From the NCBI GenBank assembly GCA_902626185.1, contig CACOEA010000001.1, positions 30,672-94,671 on the forward strand: a stretch of DNA of 64,000 bases, in the 5' to 3' direction. The stretch comes from an uncultured Pelagibacteraceae bacterium. Lineage in GTDB: Bacteria; Pseudomonadota; Alphaproteobacteria; Pelagibacterales; Pelagibacteraceae. The position numbers and the translations under genes were made by a program. Below, one piece after another: positions 39,728 to 50,639 of this stretch. The notes below the pieces were generated by a model. The model was not told the origin of the DNA. It searched no databases and saw only the letters and a program-made list of their open reading frames with translations. The first letter of the stretch is position 1, and each line of letters begins with the position of its first letter.

Positions 39728-41278
39728 TCAATGGTTAAAATGTCTAACACCAGTAAAAATCATCTTTATTTTTGCTTTATTTGCTGCATCTATAACCTCT
39801 TGATCTCTGATTGATCCACCAGGTTGTACAATAATTTTAACACCAGATTTAATTAAAGTCTTAATTCCGTCAGGAAAAGGAAAAAAAGCATCGGAGGCTG
39901 CTACAGAATTTAATAACTTTTGAGGTTGAAATTGCTTAGCTTTTTCGGAGGCTATTCTACAACTGTCTAATCTATTTTGTTGACCAGCTCCAATTCCAAT
40001 TGTAGCTTTATTTTTTACAATCACTATTGCGTTTGATTTTACAAATTTACAAACTCTAAAAGCAAACTCTGCTTCATTGATTTCCAATTTAGTCGGTTTT
40101 GCTTTGGTTACAAATTTAATCTTTTTTTTGTCAAAGACTACTTCATCTTTCTCTTGTAGGAGAAAGGAGTTATCAAATATTTTAACCCCCGGTCTATTTT
40201 TCACACTAAAATTTGAAATATCAATTAATCTCATATTTTTCTTTTTTTTTAAAAGTTTCAATGCATTTTTGTCAAACCCCCTAGCTAAAATAACTTCAAA
40301 AAAAGTTTTGTTAATTTCTGTAGCTAAACTAATATTGATATTAAAGTTACATGCTACTATACCTCCAAAGGCACTGACCGGATCGCTTGATTTTGAGTCT
40401 TTGAACGATTGTAATGGAGACTTATTTGATGCAACGCCGCATGGATTTGCGTGTTTTATTATCACAGTGGTTGGAATTTTTTTTATTGATAATAATAATT
40501 CTAAACCAGCGTAAATATCGTTATAATTATTATAGCTTAATTCTTTTCCGCTAATTTTGTTAAAACCTAAATTTAAATTTTTTTGATCCGTAGAATATAT
40601 TGAACTTTTTTGATGAGGATTTTCTCCGTATCTAAGTTCATCAATTTTGTTTCCAAAAAAAATTTTTCGTTCAGGAAATTGAATATTTGATTTTTTGTTA
40701 AACCAATTGGTAATTGTAGCATCATAGCCAGAAGTAAGACTGAAAGCTTTATTAGCCATCTTTTCTCTGAATTTTAAGGTTGTTTTACCTTTATTTTTTT
40801 TTAATTCATCAATTAAATTAATATAATCTTTACAATCTGAGACAATGGTAACATCTTCAAAATTTTTAGCTGCAGCTCTAACTAAAGTTGGTCCTCCTAT
40901 ATCGATATTTTCAATAATTTTTTTTGGGTTATTTGTTTTATTTAAGGTTTCGAGAAAAGGATAAAAATTTACTATTACTAGATCAATAGACTCATAATTT
41001 TTTGTGCTCATTTCTTTTATATGTTTGTTTTTTCGCCTATTAAATAATATCCCTGAGTGGATTTTAGGATGTAAAGTTTTAACCCTTCCATCTAACATTT
41101 CTTCGAAACCAGTAAATTCTGAAACTTCTCTGACTTTGTAGCCTTTTTTTTTTATATATTTGTAAGTACCACCGGAACTGATTATATTAATTTTATATTT
41201 TTTTAATACCTTTAAGACTTGAGTTAAACCCTCTTTTTCATAAACTGAAATTATAGCATTTCTTATTTTTCTAAGCAT
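39728..41278 (-). CDS. purH: Bifunctional AICAR transformylase/IMP cyclohydrolase
   Basis: GRVKTLHP, IDIGGP, LRYGENPHQ, KHANPCG, SDAFFPF and RHFNH. Start at ATG 41278. Confidence 0.97.
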   Translation of the reverse strand: MLRKIRNAIISVYEKEGLTQVLKVLKKYKINIISSGGTYKYIKKKGYKVREVSEFTGFEEMLDGRVKTLHPKIHSGILFNRRKNKHIKEMSTKNYESIDLVIVNFYPFLETLNKTNNPKKIIENIDIGGPTLVRAAAKNFEDVTIVSDCKDYINLIDELKKNKGKTTLKFREKMANKAFSLTSGYDATITNWFNKKSNIQFPERKIFFGNKIDELRYGENPHQKSSIYSTDQKNLNLGFNKISGKELSYNNYNDIYAGLELLLSIKKIPTTVIIKHANPCGVASNKSPLQSFKDSKSSDPVSAFGGIVACNFNINISLATEINKTFFEVILARGFDKNALKLLKKKKNMRLIDISNFSVKNRPGVKIFDNSFLLQEKDEVVFDKKKIKFVTKAKPTKLEINEAEFAFRVCKFVKSNAIVIVKNKATIGIGAGQQNRLDSCRIASEKAKQFQPQKLLNSVAASDAFFPFPDGIKTLIKSGVKIIVQPGGSIRDQEVIDAANKAKIKMIFTGVRHFNH

Positions 41279-41280
41279 AA

Positions 41281-42927
41281 TTAAATATTTTTTTTGATTT
41301 CCCAATGTAAAAATTTATCCTTATTAACTAAATTACCAGAAATGGTAATACAAGTATTATCTAAAATTTTATTACCACCAAGAAAAATACTTTTTTCCAA
41401 TTTTATCAACTCATCTTTCACAGTAAATAATAAAGACTTATTTTTTGAAATTTGAATTAAAACACCATTTCCACTCATGGTTTTCACAGCAGTGAGTCCC
41501 GGATAAAGATGAAATCTTAGGTTATAACTAATAGGCTTGCCATCTTTTCTTTTTTTGATTTCGTCTTTGCCTGTTAATTTATTTTCAGTTTTATCTATTA
41601 TAAGTTCTCTTTTATGAATACAGCCAAAATTTTTTTCATATCCATTATGAGAAGCTGTAAAATTAATTTTATCCTTGTTATTTATGTAGTCGTAGTTAAT
41701 GACTTTAAAAGTGTTTTTTATAGAGTTTCCAAATATTTTATTTATTAGTTTGTTTCTCTCAAATTTTGTGACTGAAGTATCATTCAAAGTAAGAGTAGAT
41801 TGTGCTGACGTTAAACGACTAAGAAGCATAGCTTTAGAGGATATATTTGAACCAAAACCACAATTGGTAATTATTTTTGAACCTTCGAGGTAATATTCAA
41901 AGGATAGTGGACCTGACTGATAGCTTTGAGAAAAATTTTTGTTTGGGGGTTCTCCAGCTTCAAAAAAAATTGCAACTTTATTATTAATAAAAAAATGAAT
42001 ACCACCAATTAAATTATTATTATTTTTAAAATTACTTTTGTTTTCTATTAAAAATTTGTTTAATTCTTGAAGATCAGTTTCTGTTCCACCATTAAATAAA
42101 GGAGTTTGATTATTAGGTGCCATAATACTTTTCAGATTTCTGAAATTTTCCTCTAGAATTGTTTCTAAAAACTCTGGCAAATACTCGTGCGCATCTTCAA
42201 TACATTTTCTTGAAAGCATGAGATATTTTGAGAAAAAAATTAAATCTCCTGGATTTCGTGTAAATGGAAAACCATCTTTATCAAAAAAAGTTTTTACAAG
42301 TTTTTCAAGTTCTTTTATTCCTACATCAAAATTGTTTCTATATTCCTTAAAGACCAAGCCGGTTAATATTAATGCAGTGAATATTTCTAATCTTTTTGTA
42401 TAACTTTTTTCAAATTTGATATTTTTTTTCAAATGATTAGCTTGAGAAATAATGCTATTTAAAAAATTTCTTTTGAAGTAAAAGGAACCGTTTTGAAGTA
42501 TTATCTCAGCATTTAGAACCCAACTTATAATTCTTCTACTTAACACGGAATTTTCCCAAAGATTTTTTTTATATTTTGAATATTTAATAATCCAATTATC
42601 AATTATTTTTTGTAAAGATTTTCCATCATTTTTTCTATCAATTAAATTTAACCATAAAAAACTATGTAACTCTTTTTCATTCCAAATATTACTTTTTTTA
42701 AGCCAAAAAATATTTGGATCTAATTCACTTATTTTAAAAGAGTATTTCCTATAATTAGTTATCGATGATAATAAAAATGGATTTGGATAAAAATAAAATT
42801 GCTCAGGTGTTTTTGATTTAAGAGAATTATTATATATGTTTGTTGTAAAGTAAATTTTTTTTAGAAATTTAATAGTGCTTATGTGAAGAGCTAAAAAGTA
42901 AAAATAAATACTTTTTAAATTAAACAT
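41281..42927 (-). CDS. Heparinase II/III-like family protein
   Basis: LHSFLWL, LSFE, NCG, SHNGY and RFHL. Usual position upstream of purH in alphaproteobacteria. Confidence 0.75.
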   Translation of the reverse strand: MFNLKSIYFYFLALHISTIKFLKKIYFTTNIYNNSLKSKTPEQFYFYPNPFLLSSITNYRKYSFKISELDPNIFWLKKSNIWNEKELHSFLWLNLIDRKNDGKSLQKIIDNWIIKYSKYKKNLWENSVLSRRIISWVLNAEIILQNGSFYFKRNFLNSIISQANHLKKNIKFEKSYTKRLEIFTALILTGLVFKEYRNNFDVGIKELEKLVKTFFDKDGFPFTRNPGDLIFFSKYLMLSRKCIEDAHEYLPEFLETILEENFRNLKSIMAPNNQTPLFNGGTETDLQELNKFLIENKSNFKNNNNLIGGIHFFINNKVAIFFEAGEPPNKNFSQSYQSGPLSFEYYLEGSKIITNCGFGSNISSKAMLLSRLTSAQSTLTLNDTSVTKFERNKLINKIFGNSIKNTFKVINYDYINNKDKINFTASHNGYEKNFGCIHKRELIIDKTENKLTGKDEIKKRKDGKPISYNLRFHLYPGLTAVKTMSGNGVLIQISKNKSLLFTVKDELIKLEKSIFLGGNKILDNTCITISGNLVNKDKFLHWEIKKNI

Positions 42928-43593
42928 TTACTTACTAGTTTTAAGAATTCCAATATTCTTTTTTAAATCGCCATTGTTTTCTTTGAAAATAGTTGAGCCT
43001 GAGACAAGAATATTTGCACCAGCTTTTTTTGCTTCGACACAATTTTCAAAATTTATTCCACCATCTATTTCAATTTCAGTTTTTAGATTTTTCTTTTTAA
43101 TTATTTCCCAAAGTTTCTTTGTTTTATCTAATACTTCAGGCATAAATTTTTGTCCTGCAAATCCTGGTTCCACACTCATAATTAAAACTAGATCAATTTC
43201 TTCTAAGTGTTTCTCTACTAAACCAATAGAAGATTTTGGTTTTAAAGAAATGCCAACTTTTTTACCCTCTTTCTTAATTAAATTTATAGTATTCGAAACG
43301 TTCGGAGTAGCTTCTGGATGAAAAGTGATAATATCGGCTCCAGCATTTACAAAATCTTTAATGAAATTATCTACAGGAGCAATCATTAGATGAACATCAA
43401 AAATTTTTTTAGTAAGTGGTCTTATTCTTTTTATAACATCAGGGCCTATCGTCAAATTTGGAACAAAGTGTCCGTCCATTACATCGATATGAATAAAATC
43501 AGCCCCAGCCTTTTCAAGTGCAATAACTTCTTCACCTAACTTGCTAAAGTTAGCAGAGAGTATTGAGGGAGATATTTTGATTGGTTTGATCAT
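42928..43593 (-). CDS. rpe: Ribulose-phosphate 3-epimerase
   Basis: SPSILSA, HIDVMDGHFVPN, MSVEPGF and IDGG. Confidence 0.97.
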   Translation of the reverse strand: MIKPIKISPSILSANFSKLGEEVIALEKAGADFIHIDVMDGHFVPNLTIGPDVIKRIRPLTKKIFDVHLMIAPVDNFIKDFVNAGADIITFHPEATPNVSNTINLIKKEGKKVGISLKPKSSIGLVEKHLEEIDLVLIMSVEPGFAGQKFMPEVLDKTKKLWEIIKKKNLKTEIEIDGGINFENCVEAKKAGANILVSGSTIFKENNGDLKKNIGILKTSK

Positions 43594-43640
43594 ACTTTAC
43601 TTATATTTTAATCAATTGATTTGTCAAAAAAAATAAAATT

Positions 43641-43976
43641 TTAATTAAAAAGTCTGTAAAGTTGTTTTGAAAAATCACTTTCTAATGGAAAGGCCAACAT
43701 TCCCCACACATCGTATCCAAGTAAATAAGGCATTGCATAAAATCTAAATAAATAAAAAAACCAAGCAACATATAAAGCAATGAATCCACCAAATAGAAAA
43801 CTAGGCGTTATAGGCTTAAAGATTTTTATAATTGGGTTTGTATATTTTACAAAAACACGCATGAAGAAAAATGTAGAGTCCTCTCTTTGGAAAATATTCA
43901 TTGCAGCTCTTCCAATTAAAGTCCACATTATCATGCCCAGAACATAGTCTAATATTATTGCCCAAGTAGGAACCAT
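43641..43976 (-). CDS. Small membrane protein, YggT-like
   Basis: Two to three hydrophobic segments and TNP..K..K.ITP. Confidence 0.6.
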   Translation of the reverse strand: MVPTWAIILDYVLGMIMWTLIGRAAMNIFQREDSTFFFMRVFVKYTNPIIKIFKPITPSFLFGGFIALYVAWFFYLFRFYAMPYLLGYDVWGMLAFPLESDFSKQLYRLFN

Positions 43977-44001
43977 ATCTTAACAATATCATTATTTAGT
44001 C

Positions 44002-44032
44002 AAAAAAAAAGGGGCGAAAAATTCGCCCCTTT
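44002..44032 (-). terminator. Intrinsic terminator after the symporter
   Basis: Minus strand reads GGGGCGAA-TTT-TTCGCCCC followed by T9. Confidence 0.9.
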
Positions 44033-44051
44033 AATTTTTAAAAGTTTACAA

Positions 44052-45911
44052 CTAGTGTTGTTTACCTAAGACTGTTTTACCTGTAGGTATTCTAGTGTCG
44101 TCTACCATTTTTTGTGTAGCAGCATCTGGTTCTTTAGTCATTAAACTGACAACTACCATTACAACTAAACAAACTGGAGCACCGATTAAACCAAATCTTA
44201 AGTGGTCGATACCTAAGAAAGGAGTGTTCACACCACCAAAAATTGGCACTGAGAACTTTGGATACACCCATAGTAAATAGAGTAATCCTGAAAGTATTCC
44301 AGACATTATTCCTGCTATTGCACCAGCTCTAGTAGCTCTCTTCCACCATACACCTAGTACAAGTGGGAAGAATAGACCTGACATTGCAAAGTCAAATGCC
44401 CAAGCAACCGAACCTAAGATACTTGTTAGCCTAAAAGAGGCTATGTAAGCACCAGCGGCTCCGATTAATACTAGAAGTACACGAGCAACTAATAGTCTTT
44501 TAGCAGTTTCCGCTTTTGGATTTATTATCTTGTAATAAATGTCATGTGATAATGCATTTGAAATTGCAAGAACTAATCCATCAGCAGTTGACATGGCAGC
44601 AGCCATACCACCAGCAAACACTAGCCCTGAGATTACAAACGGTAGTCCTGCTACTTCTGGAGTAGCTAATACCACAACGTCACCTCTCATGAACCATTCG
44701 TTCAACTGAAGTATACCGTCACCATTAAAGTCTGCGATAAATACTTGTTTAACTTCAGACCATCTTTGTACCCATTCTATCGACTGAACATCAGAAATAG
44801 ATTTTCCGATAATTCCAGTTGGTAGGTTTGGATCCATCAATGCTAATTTAGACAACGTCGCTAACATTGGCGCTGATGAGTAAAGCAAGAAGATGAAAAA
44901 TAGTGACCAAGCTACTGATTTTCTTGCTGCTTTAACAGAAGGAGTTGTAAAGTATCTCATTAAGATATGAGGTAACGATGCAGTTCCTACCATCATACAA
45001 ATCGCTAACGATAAGTATTTCCATACAGCCATTCCACCTTCAGGTACTCCAGAGTGAGTTCCAGAGATATATTTCAATCCTCCTGGTACCCCAGCAGCTT
45101 TCATATCTGCGGCGCTGTTTTTAACTAGTCCAAATTGTTGTTCAAGTTCGCCAAGTCTTGCAACTTCATCACCTAACATTAAGTGTGGGAATACCCCTCC
45201 ACCTACTTTGTTACTAATCCAGAAAACTGGAATTAAATAAGCGATGATTAATACAATGTACTGAGCAACCTGTGTCCAAGTTACGGCTCTCATTCCACCA
45301 AGCATTGAACAGATTAAGATACTTATTAATCCTACCCATACACCTGCTTCGAATGGAATTCCAAGAGCTCTAGAAGCAATTGTTCCCGTAGCGTTAATCT
45401 GCGCAGTTACATATGTAAATGAAGCTATGAAAAGCACAAATACAGAGCAAGCTCTTACAAGATTACCACCGTATCGTGTTCCGATAAAATCAGGAACTGT
45501 GTAACATCCAAATTTTCTTAGGTACGGAGCCATTAAAGTTGCAACAAGCACGTATCCACCTGTCCAACCTACTAAAAAGGCCATATAAGTATAACCTCCA
45601 AAGTAAACTCCACCCGCTAAGGCTACGAATGATGCACCTGACATCCAGTCAGCTGCAGTTGCCATACCGTTAAATACGGTTGGCACTTGTCTTCCAGCAA
45701 CATAATAAGCATCTACTTGGATCGTTCTTGATAAATAACCAATAAAGGCATAAATCAATACAGTGAACGCAACAAACATCACTCCGATGTTTTTTGCAGA
45801 TACACCCGCTTGTTCAGCAATAGCCATTATTAAAATGAATACTGCGAAACCTCCAGTGTAGAGACCATATATCTTTGGAAGATTTTTTATAAATCCACCT
45901 TTAAAGTCCAT
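44052..45911 (-). CDS. Sodium:solute symporter, ActP/VC_2705-like (acetate/monocarboxylate)
   Basis: YYVAGR, NGMATAADWMSGASF, GGMRAVTWTQ, GTASLPH and AAAMSTADG. Paired with a DUF4212 gene. Confidence 0.9.
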   Translation of the reverse strand: MDFKGGFIKNLPKIYGLYTGGFAVFILIMAIAEQAGVSAKNIGVMFVAFTVLIYAFIGYLSRTIQVDAYYVAGRQVPTVFNGMATAADWMSGASFVALAGGVYFGGYTYMAFLVGWTGGYVLVATLMAPYLRKFGCYTVPDFIGTRYGGNLVRACSVFVLFIASFTYVTAQINATGTIASRALGIPFEAGVWVGLISILICSMLGGMRAVTWTQVAQYIVLIIAYLIPVFWISNKVGGGVFPHLMLGDEVARLGELEQQFGLVKNSAADMKAAGVPGGLKYISGTHSGVPEGGMAVWKYLSLAICMMVGTASLPHILMRYFTTPSVKAARKSVAWSLFFIFLLYSSAPMLATLSKLALMDPNLPTGIIGKSISDVQSIEWVQRWSEVKQVFIADFNGDGILQLNEWFMRGDVVVLATPEVAGLPFVISGLVFAGGMAAAMSTADGLVLAISNALSHDIYYKIINPKAETAKRLLVARVLLVLIGAAGAYIASFRLTSILGSVAWAFDFAMSGLFFPLVLGVWWKRATRAGAIAGIMSGILSGLLYLLWVYPKFSVPIFGGVNTPFLGIDHLRFGLIGAPVCLVVMVVVSLMTKEPDAATQKMVDDTRIPTGKTVLGKQH

Positions 45912-46168
45912 TAGTCCTCCTCTCTTTCTGAGAACCCATGTTCTTCGTCTATCTTTTCTTGTTTATTGGCAGTCCAAAATAACATAATCACGAACGCAAG
46001 AAGTGATCCTTGTGCCGTCATGTAATATGCTAATGGGTACCCAAGAAATGACATCGTGTTTAGTTCAGAACCAAACATGAAGATGACTAATGAGAAGAAA
46101 GCCCAAAGAACCAATGTTACTATCATATGGTTTTTGGTTTTCGCCCAATATGCGTCTTTGTTTGACAT
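45911..46168 (-). CDS. DUF4212 small subunit of the symporter
   Basis: YW, GYPLAYYMTAQGS and two TM segments. Abuts the symporter start. Confidence 0.85.
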   Translation of the reverse strand: MSNKDAYWAKTKNHMIVTLVLWAFFSLVIFMFGSELNTMSFLGYPLAYYMTAQGSLLAFVIMLFWTANKQEKIDEEHGFSEREED

Positions 46169-46184
46169 ATTTCCCCCTTTTTTA

Positions 46185-46202
46185 ACTTTTTACGTAAAAA
46201 GT
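46185..46202. promoter_or_regulatory. Perfect 18-bp palindrome in the symporter-operon leader
   Basis: ACTTTTTACGTAAAAAGT. Confidence 0.45.
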
Positions 46203-46319
46203 ATTAATTAATGAGAAAGATCATACCCATATGAAAGTCAATTAAAAGAGAAAAAAGGTCTCCCAAAACCAATATGAAATGCTACAAAGTGAGAAAACAA
46301 GGGACTTTTACTATACAAC

Positions 46320-46949
46320 GTGAGATTGAATTTTAAAACTATAATAGATACCCTAAAAACTATTGGAGAATATCTGTTTCCAGTTAAAAAGGTTATTAAC
46401 AAATTTACTTCAATCAATTCTAAAGAAGATTTACAAAAATTTGTTCAAGAAAGGTCAGCCCATGTTACTCAAACGACACTTTATGGATATGTAAAGACAA
46501 GGATTGGAACACGTTACACAGCAATGATTCAGGATGAAAAATTTTCAGAGTCAATCAATATTGCGAAATGGAATATATATGTAGCTTCAATTTCAGATTT
46601 GACACTTTATGTTTTTTCTTACTTAATTGATCAAAAAAATTTAAAAGAAAATGAAGCAGAGGAAGTGTTTAATAATATAATAAACTTAGAAACAAAAAAT
46701 GGACTTGATGAATCCATATCGTCTCAAGCTAAGAATGAATTTTCATCAAGAATTAAAACAATAAATTGGGACAAGTTTCATTTAGATAGGCCGTTTCATA
46801 ATAGTGGTTTAGCTCTTTACCGATGGGCACCCATTGCAGATGATTTAAAAGTTTTAGATAAAGAAATAGTTTTAAATTCAATAAAATTAAAATGGAACAT
46901 TGTAGAAAACGAGTTTAAGGAATTTACAAAAAATCTTAATTTTAATTAA
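46320..46949 (+). CDS. Conserved hypothetical protein
   Basis: 209-aa ORF filling the gap, with conserved-looking [16 protein letters not shown] and WAPIAD. No function recognised. Confidence 0.7.
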   Translation: MRLNFKTIIDTLKTIGEYLFPVKKVINKFTSINSKEDLQKFVQERSAHVTQTTLYGYVKTRIGTRYTAMIQDEKFSESINIAKWNIYVASISDLTLYVFSYLIDQKNLKENEAEEVFNNIINLETKNGLDESISSQAKNEFSSRIKTINWDKFHLDRPFHNSGLALYRWAPIADDLKVLDKEIVLNSIKLKWNIVENEFKEFTKNLNFN

Positions 46950-49069
46950 GCTCTATTTTTTCTATTTTGAATTAAAGACTCAACAACTCCAGGATCAGCT
47001 AAAGTAGTAGTGTCTCCTAAATTATCTGGCTCGTTAGCAGCAATTTTCCTAAGAATTCTTCGCATTATTTTCCCTGATCTCGTTTTAGGTAATCCGGGAG
47101 CAAATTGTATAACATCTGGTGTTGCGATTGGACCAATTTGTTTTCGAACCCAAAGTTTTAAATCTCTTTCTAAGTCACCTGTAGCTTGTTCTCCAACATT
47201 TAAAGTGACGTAACAATATAATCCATTGCCTTTAATGCTATGAGGAAAACCTACGACAGCTGCTTCAGCTACTTTAGGATGTGCAACAAAAGCACTTTCA
47301 ATTTCCGCGGTGCCAAGATTGTGACCTGATACAATTATTACATCATCAACTCTACCTGTTATCCAATAATACCCATCTTTATCTCTTCTACATCCATCAC
47401 CTGTAAAATATTTCCCATCAAATTGAGAAAAATATGTATCAATAAATCTTTGATGGTCGCCGTAAACAGTCCTCATTTGACCTGGCCATGAGCTGGCCAT
47501 ACATAACCGCCCTTTTCCCTCACCTTTAATTATTTTACCATCCTGATTTACTAAAAGCGGTTTAATCCCATAAAAAGGTTTTGTAGCTGAACCTGGTTTT
47601 AAATCTATAGCTCCTGGCTGAGGAGCAATTAATATTCCTCCAGTTTCAGTTTGCCACCAAGTATCAACTATCGGGCATCTAGACTCCCCAACAGTTTTAT
47701 AATACCACATCCAAGCCTCTGGATTTATAGGCTCACCAACAGTTCCTAATAATTTTAAAGTTTTTCGGCTTGTTTTTTTTACAGGTTTGTCTCCTTCTCT
47801 CATTAAGGCCCTAATTGCTGTCGGGGCGGTGTAAAAAATATTTACTTTATATTTATCTACGATTTGCCACCAACGAGAACTATCTGGGTAATTTGGAACT
47901 CCCTCAAACATTATCGTTGTTGCACCATTTGCTAAAGGACCGTATATAATATAGCTGTGTCCAGTTACCCATCCAATATCTGCTGTGCACCAGTAAATGT
48001 CATTACTTTTATAATCAAATATATACTGATGTGTCATTGAGGCATAAACCATATAACCACCTGTAGTGTGTAATACTCCTTTGGGTTTACCCGTTGATCC
48101 CGACGTGTAAAGTATAAAGAGCGGATCTTCAGCGTTCATTTCTTCTGGATCACATTTATTTGAAGCCGAAGCGATCATCTCCTTATAAGAAACATCTCGC
48201 TCGTTGTTCCAGTCTACTTGGTTACCAGTTCTTTGAACAACTACACACTTTTTAACATCCGGACATTGAGTTAAAGCTTCATCAGCAATTTTTTTTAATG
48301 GAATTATCTTTCCTCCTCTTACACCCTCATCGGCAGTAATAAGGTAATCAGACTCACAATCATTTATTCTTGTGGCTATTGAGTCTGGAGAAAACCCACC
48401 AAATATAATTGAATGGACAGCACCGATTCTAGCGCACGCAAGCATAACGTAGGCTAGCTCAGGTATCATTGTGAGATAAATTGTAACTCTATCACCTTTC
48501 TGCACTCCAATATTTTTCAAACCATTAGCAACTTTACAGACATTTTGATGTAATTCTTTGTATGAAATTTTTTTAGAATCCGCAGGGTCATCACCTACCC
48601 AAATAATCGCAGTTTTTTTGGCATTCTTTTTAAGATGACGGTCAATACAATTAGCGGAAGCATTTAGCGTACCATCATAGTACCATTTTATCCTAACTTC
48701 CTCTTTACTGTATTTAACATCTTTTATTTTTGTGTATTTTTTTATCCATGAAATTCTTTTTCCTTCTTTTGCCCAGAATTTTTCATTTTCTTTAATGGAG
48801 AGTTTGTATTTTTTTTTGTATTTAGACTCATTTACGTATGCTTGGTTTGCCCAATTATCAGAAACTTTTACGATTGTGTTGCCATCACTATCTTTAGATT
48901 GAGAAAGTGTTTTTAAACTTTGACGTCTTTTCTTAGACCTTCTTTTTGATACTTTTTTTGACCTTCTCTTAATTTTTTTTGTTTTTTTGTATCTTTTTTT
49001 TGCTTTCCTAGACTTTCTAGTTTTTTTCCTAGATTTTTTTGATTTTTTTCTTTTTTTATTTTTAGCCAC
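46946..49069 (-). CDS. acs: Acetyl-CoA synthetase with polybasic N-terminal extension
   Basis: [26 protein letters not shown] and [14 protein letters not shown] start at 49069 preceded by a GAGGA SD. Confidence 0.96.
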   Translation of the reverse strand: MAKNKKRKKSKKSRKKTRKSRKAKKRYKKTKKIKRRSKKVSKRRSKKRRQSLKTLSQSKDSDGNTIVKVSDNWANQAYVNESKYKKKYKLSIKENEKFWAKEGKRISWIKKYTKIKDVKYSKEEVRIKWYYDGTLNASANCIDRHLKKNAKKTAIIWVGDDPADSKKISYKELHQNVCKVANGLKNIGVQKGDRVTIYLTMIPELAYVMLACARIGAVHSIIFGGFSPDSIATRINDCESDYLITADEGVRGGKIIPLKKIADEALTQCPDVKKCVVVQRTGNQVDWNNERDVSYKEMIASASNKCDPEEMNAEDPLFILYTSGSTGKPKGVLHTTGGYMVYASMTHQYIFDYKSNDIYWCTADIGWVTGHSYIIYGPLANGATTIMFEGVPNYPDSSRWWQIVDKYKVNIFYTAPTAIRALMREGDKPVKKTSRKTLKLLGTVGEPINPEAWMWYYKTVGESRCPIVDTWWQTETGGILIAPQPGAIDLKPGSATKPFYGIKPLLVNQDGKIIKGEGKGRLCMASSWPGQMRTVYGDHQRFIDTYFSQFDGKYFTGDGCRRDKDGYYWITGRVDDVIIVSGHNLGTAEIESAFVAHPKVAEAAVVGFPHSIKGNGLYCYVTLNVGEQATGDLERDLKLWVRKQIGPIATPDVIQFAPGLPKTRSGKIMRRILRKIAANEPDNLGDTTTLADPGVVESLIQNRKNRA

Positions 49070-49081
49070 GGATTTCCTCAA

Positions 49082-49504
49082 TTAAATTTTTCTAATCTTA
49101 CCCATCTTACATATAATTTTCCAGCTTTTATAGTCTATTGGCATAACAGATAACCTGCTCTGCTTTATTAGTGGCAGATGAGAAATAGCCTTGTTTTTTT
49201 TAATTTTTTCTAAGGAAATAGGCGAATTAAATTCTTCAACAAACCTAACCTGAACAGCTACAAACCTTCCTTTTTTGTCAGTTTTATCAGCAAAAGCTTC
49301 TTTGATAACCTTAACGATCCCTACAATTTGTTTACCAATGTTTGAATGATAAAAAAAACACAAATCACCAATTTTCATTTTTTTAAGATTGTTCCTAGCC
49401 TGATAATTTCTAACGCCGTCCCATTGCGCACCTTTTTTTCCTGCTTTTTTCTGTTGATTGATTGACCAAACGTCAGGTTCAGATTTTAGCAACCAATATT
49501 GCAT
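49082..49504 (-). CDS. EVE domain protein
   Basis: YWLLKSEP, WDGVRNYQARN, FFYHS and RLSV. Confidence 0.92.
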   Translation of the reverse strand: MQYWLLKSEPDVWSINQQKKAGKKGAQWDGVRNYQARNNLKKMKIGDLCFFYHSNIGKQIVGIVKVIKEAFADKTDKKGRFVAVQVRFVEEFNSPISLEKIKKNKAISHLPLIKQSRLSVMPIDYKSWKIICKMGKIRKI

Positions 49505-50580
49505 TATAATTTTAAACCTGGCCCTTTCATATAAGGCGCGTTAGCATCGAGTGGCCACCTAGATTTTGCTACAATATCTAAATTATCAACTAAATTTTTC
49601 TTGAATCTTTTTATACCAGCCCATGCAATCATCGATGCGTTATCACCACAAAATTTTTGACTAGGATACACTACAATACAATTATTCTTTTTAGATAAAT
49701 TTTTTAAATTTTCCCTTATCGACAAATTTGCAGCAACACCACCAGCCACCACTAAATGTAAATTCTTCTTATTTGTTTTTCTTTTAAATTCTTGAATAGC
49801 AATTTCAGTTTTTTTTAATAAAATTTTATTTATTGTATGCTGAAAGGATGCAGCTAAATTATACTTTAACTTTTTTTCGTCACCGATTTTTTTGGCTTCT
49901 CGTAAAACAGCAGTTTTAAGTCCAGCAAAAGAGAGATTACATCCAGCTTTATTAATAATTGGCTCAGGTAAAATAAAATAATTCTTATCACCTAGCTTTG
50001 AAAATTTTTCAACCGCAGGACCCCCGGGATATCCTAAGTCTAACATTTTTGCAGTTTTATCAAATGCCTCTCCGAGCGCATCATCAATTGTAGTTCCTAA
50101 TTGTTGGTATTCATTTACATCTTTAACAATTAAATATTGAGTATGGCCGCCAGAAATTAAAAGAAGTAAATATGGGAATTCAATTTTTTTCTCTAAACCA
50201 GGGCTAAGAGCATGACCTTCTAAGTGATTTACTCCTACAAAAGGTTTATTTGTAAACGCGGCGATTGACCTTCCGATATTCAATCCTACAGATAAGCAAA
50301 CAATTAACCCTGGGCCAGCTGTTGCAGCAATACCATCTATATCTTTTAGAGAAATTTTGCTTTGATTAAGTGCTTGTTGAATAATGAATTCTATGTTTTC
50401 AAGGTGTGCTCTGGCAGCTAATTCAGGTACAACTCCGCCAAATCTTTTATGCTCTTCTACTTGACTAGATACTACATTGGATAAAATTTCAGCTGTTTCA
50501 ATATCGTTTTCTCTAATGACGGCAGCTGCCGTTTCATCACAGCTTGTTTCAATTCCTAAAAAAGTAATTTTTTTACTCAT
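49504..50580 (-). CDS. tsaD: tRNA t6A threonylcarbamoyltransferase TsaD
   Basis: GIETSCDET, GVVPELAARAH, NHLEGH, SGGHT, GGVAAN and DNASMI. Confidence 0.97.
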   Translation of the reverse strand: MSKKITFLGIETSCDETAAAVIRENDIETAEILSNVVSSQVEEHKRFGGVVPELAARAHLENIEFIIQQALNQSKISLKDIDGIAATAGPGLIVCLSVGLNIGRSIAAFTNKPFVGVNHLEGHALSPGLEKKIEFPYLLLLISGGHTQYLIVKDVNEYQQLGTTIDDALGEAFDKTAKMLDLGYPGGPAVEKFSKLGDKNYFILPEPIINKAGCNLSFAGLKTAVLREAKKIGDEKKLKYNLAASFQHTINKILLKKTEIAIQEFKRKTNKKNLHLVVAGGVAANLSIRENLKNLSKKNNCIVVYPSQKFCGDNASMIAWAGIKRFKKNLVDNLDIVAKSRWPLDANAPYMKGPGLKL

Positions 50581-50639
50581 TATTTTATGCAAAATTATAC
50601 AATAGTATAAAATACATCTATCGAATATATAAACTAATA

